From: an uncultured Gammaproteobacteria bacterium
GTDB taxonomy: Bacteria; Patescibacteriota; Microgenomatia; UBA8517
Assembly (NCBI GenBank): GCA_964645605.1
Contig: CAZYCE010000002.1
Location: 3,256 to 67,255, forward strand
DNA: 64,000 bases
Direction of reading: 5' to 3'
Shown here: positions 9,521 to 19,772 of the stretch, in pieces
Layout of the letters: each line of letters starts with the position of its first letter
Position numbering within the stretch: the first letter of the stretch is position 1
Notes under the pieces: model-generated
The model's database searches: none
Seen by the model: the letters and a program-made list of their open reading frames with translations, nothing else
What the model was told of the DNA's origin: nothing
Made by a program: the position numbers and the translations under genes

Positions 9521-11185
9521 TTAAACTTCAAATTGTGAACCAATAAGATTTCTGCCTGTCATAACGGGGGGTATGGGAAGACCAAGAATGGCAAGGACGG
9601 TTGGTGCCACATCCGCAAGTATTCCGGAGGTCAAAGTAAGCGGATTCCCCAGTGTTTTTTGAGAAATTACCACAAAGGGTACGGGGTTGGAACTGTGCTC
9701 GGTTTCAATTGCACCTGTTGCAGGATCAATCATTTCCTCAACATTTCCATGGTCGGCGGTAATTAACATGCAACCACCGTAGGATAAAATGAAATCGCCA
9801 AATTTGCCAAGACATTCGTCAACCACCTCGCAGGCTCTAACGGCAGCCCCAATGTTTCCCGTATGTCCCACCATGTCGGGATTGGCAAAGTTTACCAACA
9901 CAAATTGGTACCGACCTTGGACCTTGATTTTAGAAAGAACATTTTCGGTGATCTCACGGGCACTCATTTCGGGTTTTAGGTCGTAAGTTGCAACTTTGGG
10001 AGAAGGAATAATTAGGCGTTCCTCACCATCAAAGGCAGATTCCTGTTGCCCGTTGAAATAAAATGTGACAAAACGTTCTTTTTCACTTTCCGAAACTTTA
10101 AGCTGTTTCATTCCCGAATTGGCAATTACGGCACTGAGTGGTATTTTGACAGTTTCTGGAGGGAAAGCTACCTTAGCCCCAGCCTCGACAATTGCTTTTT
10201 CGTATTGAGTCATGGTGGCAAAATATAAATTTTCAATTCTCTCGCCTCTATTAAAAGGCTCGGTGACGGGAGTTTGTACCGCCAGGTGGGTTTTTTGATA
10301 TCGAACCAAATACGGATCAAATCCAACGGGTAAATTTGCCTTTGTGAAATCGGGGAAAGTAAATGCACGGGTAAGCTGCCTTGGCCTGTCTATCCTGAAA
10401 TTAAAAAAGACAGCCGCGTCATTTGCCTTAATAATAGTTATAGGCTTTCCGTTGGCGTCAGTCATGATGCTTGGCTCAATAAACTCATCCGTCTTTCCCT
10501 CAGCATAAGAAGCATCAATTGCCTCTTCCGGCGTTTTGAAAAGTTGTCCTACTCCCCGTGTTAAGGCATAATAGGCTTTAGCCGTCCTATCCCAACGCAT
10601 ATCCCTATCCATCGCCCAGTATCTGCCACAAATTGAGGCAATTTTGCCAATACCGTTTCCATCAATTACCTCCCTGACTCTACTTATGTAAGTCTTAGCT
10701 GCAGTGGGGGGTGAATCCCTACCGTCGGTAAACAAGTGGAGATAAACTCTATCAAATTGGTGCTTATGGGCAAGCTCAATTAAAGCAAGCAAATGCTCCA
10801 TGTTGCTATGAACTCCGCCTGCCCCAATAAGACCCATCAAATGAAGGTTGCTATTATTAACTCTGGCGTGATCAATTGCCCCAATAAGTACGGGGTTTTC
10901 GTAAAACGCTCCGTCAGCAATAGACGTATTAATTCTTTGTAAGTCCTGATAAACAATTCGCCCTGCCCCAAGGTTCAGATGTCCGGTTTCGGTATTTCCT
11001 GCTTCGCCTCTTGGAAGACCGACTGACTCGCCCGATGCTTGAAGTTGTGTGTGGGGAAAACCCGCCATAAATTTCTGCATATTTGGTATGTTTGCCCGTG
11101 ACAATGGATTTCCGGCGCCAGCGGCCGAAATCCCCCATCCGTCTAAGACTACCAGAAGTACTAATTTTGAGGATTCACCTTCCAT
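9521..11185 (-). CDS. gpmI: 2,3-bisphosphoglycerate-independent phosphoglycerate mutase (iPGM)
   Basis: The protein is 554 aa. It has VVLDGWGIS, GNTETGHLNLGAGR, TDGRDSPP and ADHGN motifs from the alkaline-phosphatase superfamily iPGM. Confidence 0.85.
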   Translation of the reverse strand: MEGESSKLVLLVVLDGWGISAAGAGNPLSRANIPNMQKFMAGFPHTQLQASGESVGLPRGEAGNTETGHLNLGAGRIVYQDLQRINTSIADGAFYENPVLIGAIDHARVNNSNLHLMGLIGAGGVHSNMEHLLALIELAHKHQFDRVYLHLFTDGRDSPPTAAKTYISRVREVIDGNGIGKIASICGRYWAMDRDMRWDRTAKAYYALTRGVGQLFKTPEEAIDASYAEGKTDEFIEPSIMTDANGKPITIIKANDAAVFFNFRIDRPRQLTRAFTFPDFTKANLPVGFDPYLVRYQKTHLAVQTPVTEPFNRGERIENLYFATMTQYEKAIVEAGAKVAFPPETVKIPLSAVIANSGMKQLKVSESEKERFVTFYFNGQQESAFDGEERLIIPSPKVATYDLKPEMSAREITENVLSKIKVQGRYQFVLVNFANPDMVGHTGNIGAAVRACEVVDECLGKFGDFILSYGGCMLITADHGNVEEMIDPATGAIETEHSSNPVPFVVISQKTLGNPLTLTSGILADVAPTVLAILGLPIPPVMTGRNLIGSQFEV

Positions 11186-12453
11186 TATTTAATTCTTTCC
11201 AATTCCACATCAATAGTAGAAAGTCTATTGTATTTGGCCACTCTTTCTCCTCTTGAGGGTGCCCCAAACTTTACATAATCTGCAGAAACTCCAACTCCAA
11301 AATCGGCAATAAAACTATCATTAGTCTCACCTGATCTGTGAGAAACGATAATTTTCCAACCCGCATCGCGGGAAATCTTGATAACCTGTAAAGTTTCCGT
11401 AACCGTTCCTACCTGGTTTGGCTTAATCAAAATTGCATTACAAGCCTTTTCCTTAATAGCCTTTTCAACTCTTTTCGCGTTGGTACAAAGAAGATCGTCT
11501 CCGACCACTAAACATGTAGAAGACTCCTCTTTGGTGAAGCTTTTCCAAGCCTCCCAGGAATCCTCCGCAAAAGGATCCTCCAAAATGGCAAGCTTGTATT
11601 GCTCGATTAAGGAATGATAAAATTCCCCAAGCTGAGTGTCAGTCATTGCTGATGCCCTATCCTTAATAAAATAAACTCCATCTTTGTAAAAGGAGTCGGA
11701 GGCGACGTCCAGACCCAGCAAAACATCACGTCCCAGTGAATAATTTGTCTGGCGGATAGATTCTACAAAAACCTCTAGGGCGTCTGCATTTGTAAATAGA
11801 TCGGGTGCAAAACCACCTTCATCTCCCACTGAATGAATTGCTCCGCGGTGCTTAAGGTTATTCCCTATGGTTACGTAAATTTCTGATCCTATTTGGAGTC
11901 CTTGTGCATATGTTTTGGAAGAAGTGGGAATTATCCAAAATTCTTGAAAATCAAGGTTTCCGGCTCCATGTCTGCCCCCGTTTATCATATTAAAAAGAGG
12001 GGTGGGCACTTTAACACTATTACAGATGCCGTATTTTGTAGCCAAACTAAAAATCCAGGAATATAACGGCTGTCTGGTAACCATCGCTCCGCATTTTGCT
12101 ACAACTTCGGAAATGGATAGTATGGCATTAGCTCCATATTTACTTTTATTTTCGGTTCCGTCCAAAGAAATCAATTTTTTATCTATTGATTCTTGGTCAG
12201 TCGGATCCATTCCTACTATTGCTGGACCCAAAAAGGTGTTTACATTGTTAACTGCTTTGAGAACCCCCATTCCCAAGTATCTGGGATTCTCAGAATCTCG
12301 TAGTTCCAAGGCTTCATGAGTGCCTGTGGATGCACCTGAGGGTACCGAGGATACCGCGATTTCCCCACTATCAAGAAGACATGCGGCTTCTACAGTAGGA
12401 ACGCTTCTCGAATCCAGTATTTCTCTTGCCCAAACCTGTTTAATCTTGCTCAT
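11185..12453 (-). CDS. eno: Enolase
   Basis: It carries RSVPTVEA, SHRSGETND and ILIKPNQVGTVTET, which are canonical enolase signatures. Confidence 0.95.
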   Translation of the reverse strand: MSKIKQVWAREILDSRSVPTVEAACLLDSGEIAVSSVPSGASTGTHEALELRDSENPRYLGMGVLKAVNNVNTFLGPAIVGMDPTDQESIDKKLISLDGTENKSKYGANAILSISEVVAKCGAMVTRQPLYSWIFSLATKYGICNSVKVPTPLFNMINGGRHGAGNLDFQEFWIIPTSSKTYAQGLQIGSEIYVTIGNNLKHRGAIHSVGDEGGFAPDLFTNADALEVFVESIRQTNYSLGRDVLLGLDVASDSFYKDGVYFIKDRASAMTDTQLGEFYHSLIEQYKLAILEDPFAEDSWEAWKSFTKEESSTCLVVGDDLLCTNAKRVEKAIKEKACNAILIKPNQVGTVTETLQVIKISRDAGWKIIVSHRSGETNDSFIADFGVGVSADYVKFGAPSRGERVAKYNRLSTIDVELERIK

Positions 12454-12462
12454 AATTTATAG

Positions 12463-14730
12463 CTAAATTTCCTTTTCTACTTTCGCTACCACCCCCCTTA
12501 CCCTATCGATAGAGTCCGGATTAACGGAGATGCTTGTCACACCCCATCTAACAAGCTCTTTTACCAGATCCTCATATTCACTTGGCGCCTGACCACAAAT
12601 TGACGAGGTAATCCCGGCTTTATTGCATTTTTTGATCACCCTTTCAAGGGCCCAAAGTACAGCGGGACGCATCTCATTAAATTCCGATGCTACTTCGGAA
12701 TTGTCGCGGTCGGTCCCTTCAATGAGCATGGTCAAATCGTTACTTCCGATAGACACTCCATCTATCCCCACTTTTATAAAGTCCTCAATTTGTATAACGT
12801 TTACGGGTATTTCTACCATCATTAAAAATTTAAAACTGGGTTGTTCAAAAAGTCCCTGCACTGCAACCAGTCTTCTGACACGTGTCAGCTCCTCAGGTGA
12901 TCTCACAAAAGGAATCATTAAATTTAAATTATCATATTTCTCACGAACGTTTTTGATGGCCCTAAGTTCAAGATTAAACACTTCAGGGTTTGCGATGTAC
13001 CTGAAAGCACCTCTAAAGCCAAGCATGGGGTTAGGTTCAACCGGTTCCCAAAATTTTCCGCCCGGGAGACTCCTATACTCATTTGTCTTAAAATCCGTTG
13101 CCCGGTAAGTTACAGGTCTAGGGTAGAATGCATTACAAAAAGTTTCTAGTTCATGCGTTAACCTTGTTATAAAAGACTCCTGTTCCTTTCTTTTGATAGC
13201 TTCCTTCGGGTGAATTCCAATGTTGGCAATCATAAACTCAGCTCTTAAAAGTCCAACTCCGTCAACATTCATTTTGGCTATTTCTTTCGCCCTTTCCGGC
13301 TCAGCCAAGTTTACATATACCTTGGTTGCCGTTTTGATATTGGCATGCAGGGGTTTTTCCTTAGATTGAGCCTTCAAAGCGTCGGTTTTTACGACAGATC
13401 CGAGGAACACCTGTCCACTTTCCCCGTTTACCGTAACAATTTGACCATCTTTAAGAATTTTGGTAGCGTCTTTTGTGCCTACTATGCAGGGAATTCCGAG
13501 CTCTCTTGAAACTATAGCTGCATGGGATGTTTGGCCGCCTTCGTTGGTTATAATTGCAGCGGATTTCTTCATCGCAGGTACATAGTCAGGAGAAGTCATG
13601 GGGGCCACTAAGACATCACCCTTTTTAATTTTATCTATTTCTTTGGGTGATTTAAGGATCTTAACCTCGCCCGTACCGATTCCGGGAGATGCAGGAGATC
13701 CTGTAAGAACAGGAGATTCGGCAATTTTCAGTTCACCCATGTCCAGTTTAACAGACTTTGCCGTTTGTTTAATTGTCGTAACAGGACGGGTCTGAACAAG
13801 GTAGAGCTTTCCTTTTTCCATAGCCCATTCAGAATCTTGTGGAAAATAATAATGTTTTTGAAGAGCGTCGGCCCATTTCGCTAGAGTAATAATCTGTTTA
13901 TCTGTAATTTTTTGCTGATTTTGAAGCTTCTTAGGAACATCAATGATTTTAGGCTTACCTTTTGACCGCACTAATTGAATTTTTTGATCGGAAATTTCTT
14001 TTGAGAGAATATCGAAAGTTTCTTTTTGAACAACATAGGTATCGGGTACAACCGCACCCTGAACTATCATTTCACCAAGCCCCCAAACCGACTCGATAAT
14101 TATTCTTTCTTTATCATTTTTAACTGGATCAATCGAAAACATGACACCGGAAACCTCCGATTGAACCATTTTTTGAACAACTACGGAAAGTTTTACACTT
14201 TCGTGAGGAACTTTGTTAATAACGCGGTAGTATATAGATCTGGCCGTAAAAAGAGACGCCCAACACTGACGGACGGCATTAATTAAGTTAGCCTCCCCTT
14301 TAATATCAAGGAAAGTAATTTGTTGTCCGGCAAAACTGGTTCCCGGCATATCTTCTGCGGTTGCTGAGGACCTTACGGCCACCAACACATTTTTCATAAA
14401 ACCTGATAATTTTTTATATGCAGCAATGGTTTTCTGGGATACTTCTTCAGGGACTTTCCCTGTTATTATCATCTTGCGGATTTGTTTCGAGGCTATTTCA
14501 AGTTGCGCTGGATCATCTACATCCAAAACTTTTAATGTTGAATAAATTTTTGTTACCAAATCATTCTCTTCCAAAAACATATCATAGGCATCGACCGTGA
14601 GTGCAAAACCTGGAGGAACAGGAAACCCTGAGTTAAACATTTCGCCAAGGTTAGCACTTTTACCACCAACTAATTCGGTATCGTTTTTATCAATATCTTT
14701 GAAGAATGCAACTATGGGCAGTTTGGACAT
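12463..14730 (-). CDS. ppsA: Phosphoenolpyruvate synthase / PEP-utilising enzyme (pyruvate, water dikinase-like)
   Basis: It has an N-terminal ATP-grasp (ELVGGKSANLGEM), a mobile phospho-His domain (GGQTSHAAIVSRELGIPCIVG) and a C-terminal PEP/pyruvate TIM barrel. The 755-aa length fits PpsA better than PPDK. Confidence 0.7.
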   Translation of the reverse strand: MSKLPIVAFFKDIDKNDTELVGGKSANLGEMFNSGFPVPPGFALTVDAYDMFLEENDLVTKIYSTLKVLDVDDPAQLEIASKQIRKMIITGKVPEEVSQKTIAAYKKLSGFMKNVLVAVRSSATAEDMPGTSFAGQQITFLDIKGEANLINAVRQCWASLFTARSIYYRVINKVPHESVKLSVVVQKMVQSEVSGVMFSIDPVKNDKERIIIESVWGLGEMIVQGAVVPDTYVVQKETFDILSKEISDQKIQLVRSKGKPKIIDVPKKLQNQQKITDKQIITLAKWADALQKHYYFPQDSEWAMEKGKLYLVQTRPVTTIKQTAKSVKLDMGELKIAESPVLTGSPASPGIGTGEVKILKSPKEIDKIKKGDVLVAPMTSPDYVPAMKKSAAIITNEGGQTSHAAIVSRELGIPCIVGTKDATKILKDGQIVTVNGESGQVFLGSVVKTDALKAQSKEKPLHANIKTATKVYVNLAEPERAKEIAKMNVDGVGLLRAEFMIANIGIHPKEAIKRKEQESFITRLTHELETFCNAFYPRPVTYRATDFKTNEYRSLPGGKFWEPVEPNPMLGFRGAFRYIANPEVFNLELRAIKNVREKYDNLNLMIPFVRSPEELTRVRRLVAVQGLFEQPSFKFLMMVEIPVNVIQIEDFIKVGIDGVSIGSNDLTMLIEGTDRDNSEVASEFNEMRPAVLWALERVIKKCNKAGITSSICGQAPSEYEDLVKELVRWGVTSISVNPDSIDRVRGVVAKVEKEI

Positions 14731-14778
14731 ATATTGTAATTATCGGTTAATAATAGGCAATTTTCAATGGGTGGAAAT

Positions 14779-15831
14779 CTAGTGCAAGGGTTGAGAAAGA
14801 TCACTTTTAAGCTTGAGTATCCAGGGCTCAGGACCCGGATCAACCCCATCAAGCATAGAAATGTAAAAACCGAGCCATGAACAATAATAAGGAAGTTCTA
14901 AAGCCTGAGTCAGCTTCGTTTTACCTTTTAATTTATAAGTTTGGTAGGCAAGTTTTTGCTCGTTTAAAATTTTCTTTGTTATCGAAAATCTAAGCCTTAC
15001 TCGCTCACTATTGAAATTACTTTCAAAAAAAAGATAGCGCATATCTTTTGTTGCCTCAGGAGATTTTGTTGCTTCAATAAGAACATGGTTAACCTCAGGA
15101 AAATCATAAAATTGTGTAAAATTCCTGGAGATCTCACACATGGCATTTCTGCCTGCATTAAGCGATCCTAAAAAGGGCCTGCCTCCGAAAAGAACAGGAA
15201 GACTTCCGTGCAGCCACTTAGACATTTCTGTGGCGTCCCAAGAATCTCTAATAACGAAAAGCTCCTTAAGAGAGTCAAAAAGTTCAAGCTCGGTTAAATT
15301 CAATATCTTGCCTTTTGCTAAAGCTCCGAGGAGTCCACCCAAGGAAATTCCTAAACCGCTTTTGGGAAAATTCGGAGGATTTGTCGAACCGGGTGTAATG
15401 ATGGCGCCGTAAATGTCGCCGGATTTGATCATTTCTCCAATTTGTCCACCCGTGGCTATTCCCAAAACCTTTGCTCCAAGTTTTTTCGCCGCATCAATTC
15501 CGGATAAAGTCTCCTCCGTGTTACCAGAATATGAATTGGCAACGACCAACGCTTCAGAATTAACCCATGCGGGGAGACCATAATCATTGTGGACAATGAA
15601 GGGAATCTTCATATCGCTCTCATAAAGACCTTGAATTATCTTTGCCGCATTACTGCTCCCCCCCATTCCCGTAACCACGACTGCTTTGCATGAAATTACC
15701 GGTATATTTGAAGTAACCGTTTGTTCCCAAGTTGTTTTAATTTGCTCGGGAAACAATGTAAGGGCCTCCATAACTCCCATTGAATCAAGTTTTTTGAAAT
15801 CTTCTAAATCTGTTAAGTCCATATTATGCAC
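14779..15831 (-). CDS. Bifunctional phosphoglucose/phosphomannose isomerase (SIS domain, archaeal-type PGI/PMI)
   Basis: It has SIS-domain motifs VVVTGMGGSSNAAK and VVANSYSGNTEETL. The ~350-aa length fits the bifunctional PGI/PMI family. Confidence 0.6.
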   Translation of the reverse strand: MHNMDLTDLEDFKKLDSMGVMEALTLFPEQIKTTWEQTVTSNIPVISCKAVVVTGMGGSSNAAKIIQGLYESDMKIPFIVHNDYGLPAWVNSEALVVANSYSGNTEETLSGIDAAKKLGAKVLGIATGGQIGEMIKSGDIYGAIITPGSTNPPNFPKSGLGISLGGLLGALAKGKILNLTELELFDSLKELFVIRDSWDATEMSKWLHGSLPVLFGGRPFLGSLNAGRNAMCEISRNFTQFYDFPEVNHVLIEATKSPEATKDMRYLFFESNFNSERVRLRFSITKKILNEQKLAYQTYKLKGKTKLTQALELPYYCSWLGFYISMLDGVDPGPEPWILKLKSDLSQPLH

Positions 15832-17188
15832 GTATTATCGCCAGAACCTCATCGCGTTTTTCCTCCATCAATTCCTTAGATTTCGCTTCTAGAGTAAGAC
15901 GAAGTAGAGGTTCCGTATTAGAAGGCCTGACACAGAAACGGTAGTCAGGATACTCAATAGCAACCCCGTCGAGTCTGGAAACTTCTGCATTTGAGTACTT
16001 CCCTGCAATTTCATCCATCTTGCCTTCCTTATCTTGTACTTCACTATTGATCTCGCCGGAAATAAAATATTTATTCATGATTGGAGCCACAACATTGGAA
16101 AGTTTTTCCCCTGTTTCGCTTAAATACTCAAGAACCTGCATCGGTGGAATCATTCCGCAATCGGAATACCAATAGTCACGGTAGTAAGTGTGTCCACTGC
16201 TTTCGCCACCAAAAAGAGCATTTTGTTCTTTCAAAATCTCTTTGATATAAGAATGACCAACCCTACTAATTACGGGTGTGCCGCCGCACTCCTTAATTGT
16301 ATCAATGAGTGCCCATGTATATCTTGGGTCGTAAACTATTTTCTCCCCGGGGTGTTTTTTGAGCATCTGTTTAATAAGTACAGTATTCAAAAAATATGGT
16401 TCGACAAAAAGTCCTCCATCTGCACAGAAAAATACGCGATCGCTATCTGCGTCCCAGGTTATCCCCAAATCAGCACCGCTCTCCTTAACCAAATCCGAAA
16501 ACTCTACCCTGTTCTCGGGTACAAAAGGATCAGGTCTTCCTTTGGGGAAATTTCCATCGGGTTCAAAATTTAACTTTATTAGCTCAATCGGAAGTTTACC
16601 CATTTCCACAATTTTCTCAAAAATCTTTCCACCCAAACCAAAATTTGGGTTCAAAACGACTTTCATAGGCTTAATTTTTGAAGTATCTATCCAGCCGAGA
16701 ATGTGATTACAATAGTCCTCCCAGATATCCATTTTACGTACAGATCCTTTTTTATCTGACGCCAAGGTTTTACCAGAAAGGACAAAATCTCGTACTTGTC
16801 CGATACCGTGCTCCAGAGTCATCGGGGTGGGCCCTTTCTCAACCATTTTGAGTCCGTGCCACTCAGGTGGGTTATGTGAGGCTGTGGATTGCAAACCTCC
16901 CGCAAGTTTATAATTTCCCACACCGAAATAAAGCATGTCTGTAGACATAAAACCGACATCCACCACGCTTATTCCCGCATCAGTAATACCCCTGATGGCA
17001 CTGTCTTTGATTGCTTTCGAATGTAGGCGTATATCCATACCGATCATTACCTCGCCTTCAGGTTTTGTGAAGTCTACGAAACCTTGCCCAATTTTGTAGG
17101 CAATATCTTCATTGATGGAGTCGGGATATATTCCCCTTATGTCATAAGCTTTAAAAATTGTTTCGTCAATTTTCATTGATGTAATCAT
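15824..17188 (-). CDS. Phosphoglucomutase/phosphomannomutase (alpha-D-phosphohexomutase)
   Basis: It has the active-site phosphoserine loop TASHNPPEWHGLK and the sugar-binding GGESSGH motif, and is 454 aa. Confidence 0.7.
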   Translation of the reverse strand: MITSMKIDETIFKAYDIRGIYPDSINEDIAYKIGQGFVDFTKPEGEVMIGMDIRLHSKAIKDSAIRGITDAGISVVDVGFMSTDMLYFGVGNYKLAGGLQSTASHNPPEWHGLKMVEKGPTPMTLEHGIGQVRDFVLSGKTLASDKKGSVRKMDIWEDYCNHILGWIDTSKIKPMKVVLNPNFGLGGKIFEKIVEMGKLPIELIKLNFEPDGNFPKGRPDPFVPENRVEFSDLVKESGADLGITWDADSDRVFFCADGGLFVEPYFLNTVLIKQMLKKHPGEKIVYDPRYTWALIDTIKECGGTPVISRVGHSYIKEILKEQNALFGGESSGHTYYRDYWYSDCGMIPPMQVLEYLSETGEKLSNVVAPIMNKYFISGEINSEVQDKEGKMDEIAGKYSNAEVSRLDGVAIEYPDYRFCVRPSNTEPLLRLTLEAKSKELMEEKRDEVLAIIRA

Positions 17189-17859
17189 TCTAATTGTTTG
17201 ATGATAAAAAGGTCAAGCTCATTAGTAAGATCGGCTTTCGATGTCTTAACTTTTATATCAACTTCTGCAAGAATATTTAATAGGTTTTTAAGTTCATCCT
17301 CTGTATATTTGGCGGCCTGAGACTTCAGTTTGTTAATTTTCCAAAACGGAAAGCCCGATGAAGACGCATCAGACTTTACCCAGTAAAGATCTCGAAAATG
17401 TCTTGAAATTAGAGTAAAAATAAATTCAGCCGGCTGCTTCTCTAAAATTTTATGAAGCATTGACACCTCACGGGTGCAATTTCCCGGCACAAGCCCATCG
17501 AGGAAATTCCAAAGTAGTACGGGAAGTTTAAATTCTTCAATTTTTGAATCGGCCGGAAAGCTTTTTAGGGTAGTGGCATTAAGTGTTCCTTCACTATATA
17601 CAATCAATGTCCCCGAAAGCTCCGTATATTTTTTATTTAGCCATGCGTAACTTTTTTTACTCAATTTTTTAAAATCTTTTAGAATAAAAAATCTTTCCGA
17701 TCCGAAAAGTGAGGTCGCCGATAGTATTTCTTCAAAATTATCTTTTAATTCATCAATGTAGGAAACTTCCCAAGAGCGGGAACGGGCAACGTCTATAAAT
17801 TTTTTCAATCGCTCGTACAATTTTGCCGTATCTTCACCATGCAATATAATTATCTTCAT
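17185..17859 (-). CDS. DNA polymerase III delta subunit-like (HolA-like) protein
   Basis: The N-terminus MKIIILHGEDTAKLYERLKKF resembles the HolA start (xxLxGED). It is short at 224 aa. This is a weak call. Confidence 0.4.
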   Translation of the reverse strand: MKIIILHGEDTAKLYERLKKFIDVARSRSWEVSYIDELKDNFEEILSATSLFGSERFFILKDFKKLSKKSYAWLNKKYTELSGTLIVYSEGTLNATTLKSFPADSKIEEFKLPVLLWNFLDGLVPGNCTREVSMLHKILEKQPAEFIFTLISRHFRDLYWVKSDASSSGFPFWKINKLKSQAAKYTEDELKNLLNILAEVDIKVKTSKADLTNELDLFIIKQLE

Positions 17860-17875
17860 TTATAATTCCTCTGAA

Positions 17876-18298
17876 TCAATTTTTATTAAAATTATCGAAA
17901 TATTTATCGATCAAAATCTCCAATTTATCCTTAAAATTTCCCTTGCCGTGTCTAGTGTGGGCAATCAATGCTCCGGAGAAATTTTTTGGAATATGGCTGA
18001 TCTCGTGTAATAAAACCTTATCCTGTTCACGAGGTGATAGTTTATCAAAATACTTAGAAATTACTTCAATAATGTAAGCGGGTTCAACTTGAAGGGCATT
18101 TTGCCAAAGCTTCGGAAGTCCCCATGTCCTGGCGTATGCCCTGGCCTTAGATCCTTGTGATCGATAAAAAAATAATCTTTCACCAAGCAGGTAATCCAAA
18201 TGAAGATCTTCCGTCAAATGGAGCACGCGATCCTTGATATCGGGAGCTTCAACCCATTCAAACCTTGAATACTTCCGTGTCTTTCTTAGCTTACTCAT
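17876..18298 (-). CDS. Hypothetical small HExxH protein (predicted zinc-dependent hydrolase)
   Basis: It has a VLLHEISHIP motif (HExxH) in a 140-aa soluble protein. This resembles the DUF45/SprT class. Family assignment is uncertain. Confidence 0.35.
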   Translation of the reverse strand: MSKLRKTRKYSRFEWVEAPDIKDRVLHLTEDLHLDYLLGERLFFYRSQGSKARAYARTWGLPKLWQNALQVEPAYIIEVISKYFDKLSPREQDKVLLHEISHIPKNFSGALIAHTRHGKGNFKDKLEILIDKYFDNFNKN

Positions 18299-18387
18299 TA
18301 GTTTTCAATCCTATCATACATGAAGCTCTGTGAGCAAAGATTCATATGTACTTTTTACACATGAAGTACAGAGTAAAGGGATTAAAA

Positions 18388-18633
18388 CTACAGCTTATAC
18401 ACTTCACTTCCCTCCTTAACTTCTTTTTCGGTTTTGAGACCGATTACATCCCCTTTACCGGCGGAATCTCTTTTTTCATGCTCTATTTGAATAGAATCTA
18501 CCGTTTGCTCAAAAAGATCTTCACCGTCCTTAACAAATTTAATTTTGTCTCCAACGGCAAGAGGGCTGTCAAGCTCAACAATAGCAACCCCAATTTTGTC
18601 GTAGAAATGTGTAACGGTACCAATTTTAAACAA
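18388..18633 (-). CDS. Hypothetical small beta-barrel protein (EF-Tu domain-2-like)
   Basis: It is 81 aa. The pattern GTVTHFYDKIGVAIVELDSPLAVGDKIKF...GDVIGLKT looks like a translation-protein beta-barrel. Its stop overlaps the ruvC start by 8 nt, which suggests translational coupling. Confidence 0.3.
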   Translation of the reverse strand: MFKIGTVTHFYDKIGVAIVELDSPLAVGDKIKFVKDGEDLFEQTVDSIQIEHEKRDSAGKGDVIGLKTEKEVKEGSEVYKL

Positions 18634-19147
18634 TCTTTTTCACCTCCTTTGCCTCTCCTATTTTAAACGCATGGGTCAAGGCAATTGCAAGTGCATCGGC
18701 AGCATCATCGAAATGAGTCTTCTTATGCTTTTCACTTTTTACCCTGGAACCTAATATTTTTCTGATGTGCAATTGAACCTCTTTTTTGTTTGCCCTACCG
18801 TTACCGGTGATCATTTTTTTAATTGTACCGGGGGCATACTCCTCTACTTTTACTTTAGTTTTACTGGCTGCAAGAAGCATTACACCTTGGGCCTGCCCAA
18901 CAGCAATTGCCGTTTTGGCATTATTGGAAAAAAAGACTTTTTCAAAAACGAAAACGTCTGGTTTATGCTTATTTATTAAGCCAATAGTTTCTTCAAATAT
19001 AAAATCGAGTCGTTTTTCTTTAAGAAGAGTTTTATCGGTTTCAATAAGCCCCCATTCGACAACCTCATTTCCTTTGCCATTAAGTCTGACCAGTCCAAAT
19101 CCGGTTGTTGCCGTACCGGGATCTATCCCTAAGATTAACATTAACAA
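18626..19147 (-). CDS. ruvC: Crossover junction endodeoxyribonuclease RuvC
   Basis: The N-terminus ILGIDPGTATTGFGLV is the RuvC catalytic Asp motif. The ~170-aa length and the C-terminal acidic residues fit RuvC. Confidence 0.9.
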   Translation of the reverse strand: MLMLILGIDPGTATTGFGLVRLNGKGNEVVEWGLIETDKTLLKEKRLDFIFEETIGLINKHKPDVFVFEKVFFSNNAKTAIAVGQAQGVMLLAASKTKVKVEEYAPGTIKKMITGNGRANKKEVQLHIRKILGSRVKSEKHKKTHFDDAADALAIALTHAFKIGEAKEVKKIV

Positions 19148-19169
19148 GATTATATACTATTAGAACTTG

Positions 19170-19478
19170 TTATTTCTTGGTTTTTTTGGAAGACTTTGGC
19201 CAATTCGAAAAAATAAATAAATAAAGTATGTCCAAAATTCCTAAAGTATGTATAAGTAATAAAATTACAAACCATACTTTATGGCCGTTTTTTGCCGCTT
19301 TCCACAGTGCCAAACCCATCCAAAACAAACTCCAGATAGCTAAAGGAATAATAAATACGCTAAGCCATCCCGCAAAAAATCCGGGATAAAATGCACTTGA
19401 ATAATTATGTGCGTAAGAATTTATCATTTTTATCACCACCTTTCCACATTTTAATGTTAACCTGCTTTTAAGGGTCAA
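19170..19478 (-). CDS. Small integral membrane protein (hypothetical)
   Basis: It has two predicted transmembrane helices and a Lys-rich C-terminus. The likely true start is the internal Met at 19427 (MINSYAH...). Confidence 0.35.
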   Translation of the reverse strand: MTLKSRLTLKCGKVVIKMINSYAHNYSSAFYPGFFAGWLSVFIIPLAIWSLFWMGLALWKAAKNGHKVWFVILLLIHTLGILDILYLFIFSNWPKSSKKTKK

Positions 19479-19772
19479 TCAACATGAATTAAGAGAACTT
19501 CTTAAAGTTTTCCCTGATCAATCTCTGCAGTAAATGTTTCTATTCTCATGTTTTGAGGTAAATCAAAATGGTTTAATACGTATATTCGGCCGTATTTGTT
19601 ATTTTCCAAATTTTAGGTTCCAATGCGCTTTTCCTTACATAAATATCGGAGATCATTTCTTAAGGCAACGATATCAATTTCACCAAACATGCTTCTGAAG
19701 TTTCAGTCTATAATTTTATATCCCCTTTTGGAAAGATACCCTACTGCGAAGTCCTCGGCAAGCCTTTCGGCG

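Noticed and set aside
19479-19772. A possible gene remnant downstream of rplS. It shows peptide-like stretches such as EIDIVALRNDLRYL, and a plus-strand ORF is listed at 19623-19874.
   Set aside because: No recognisable domain is present. The plus-strand ORF overlaps the L19 C-terminus antisense. I treat the region as a non-coding 3' region.
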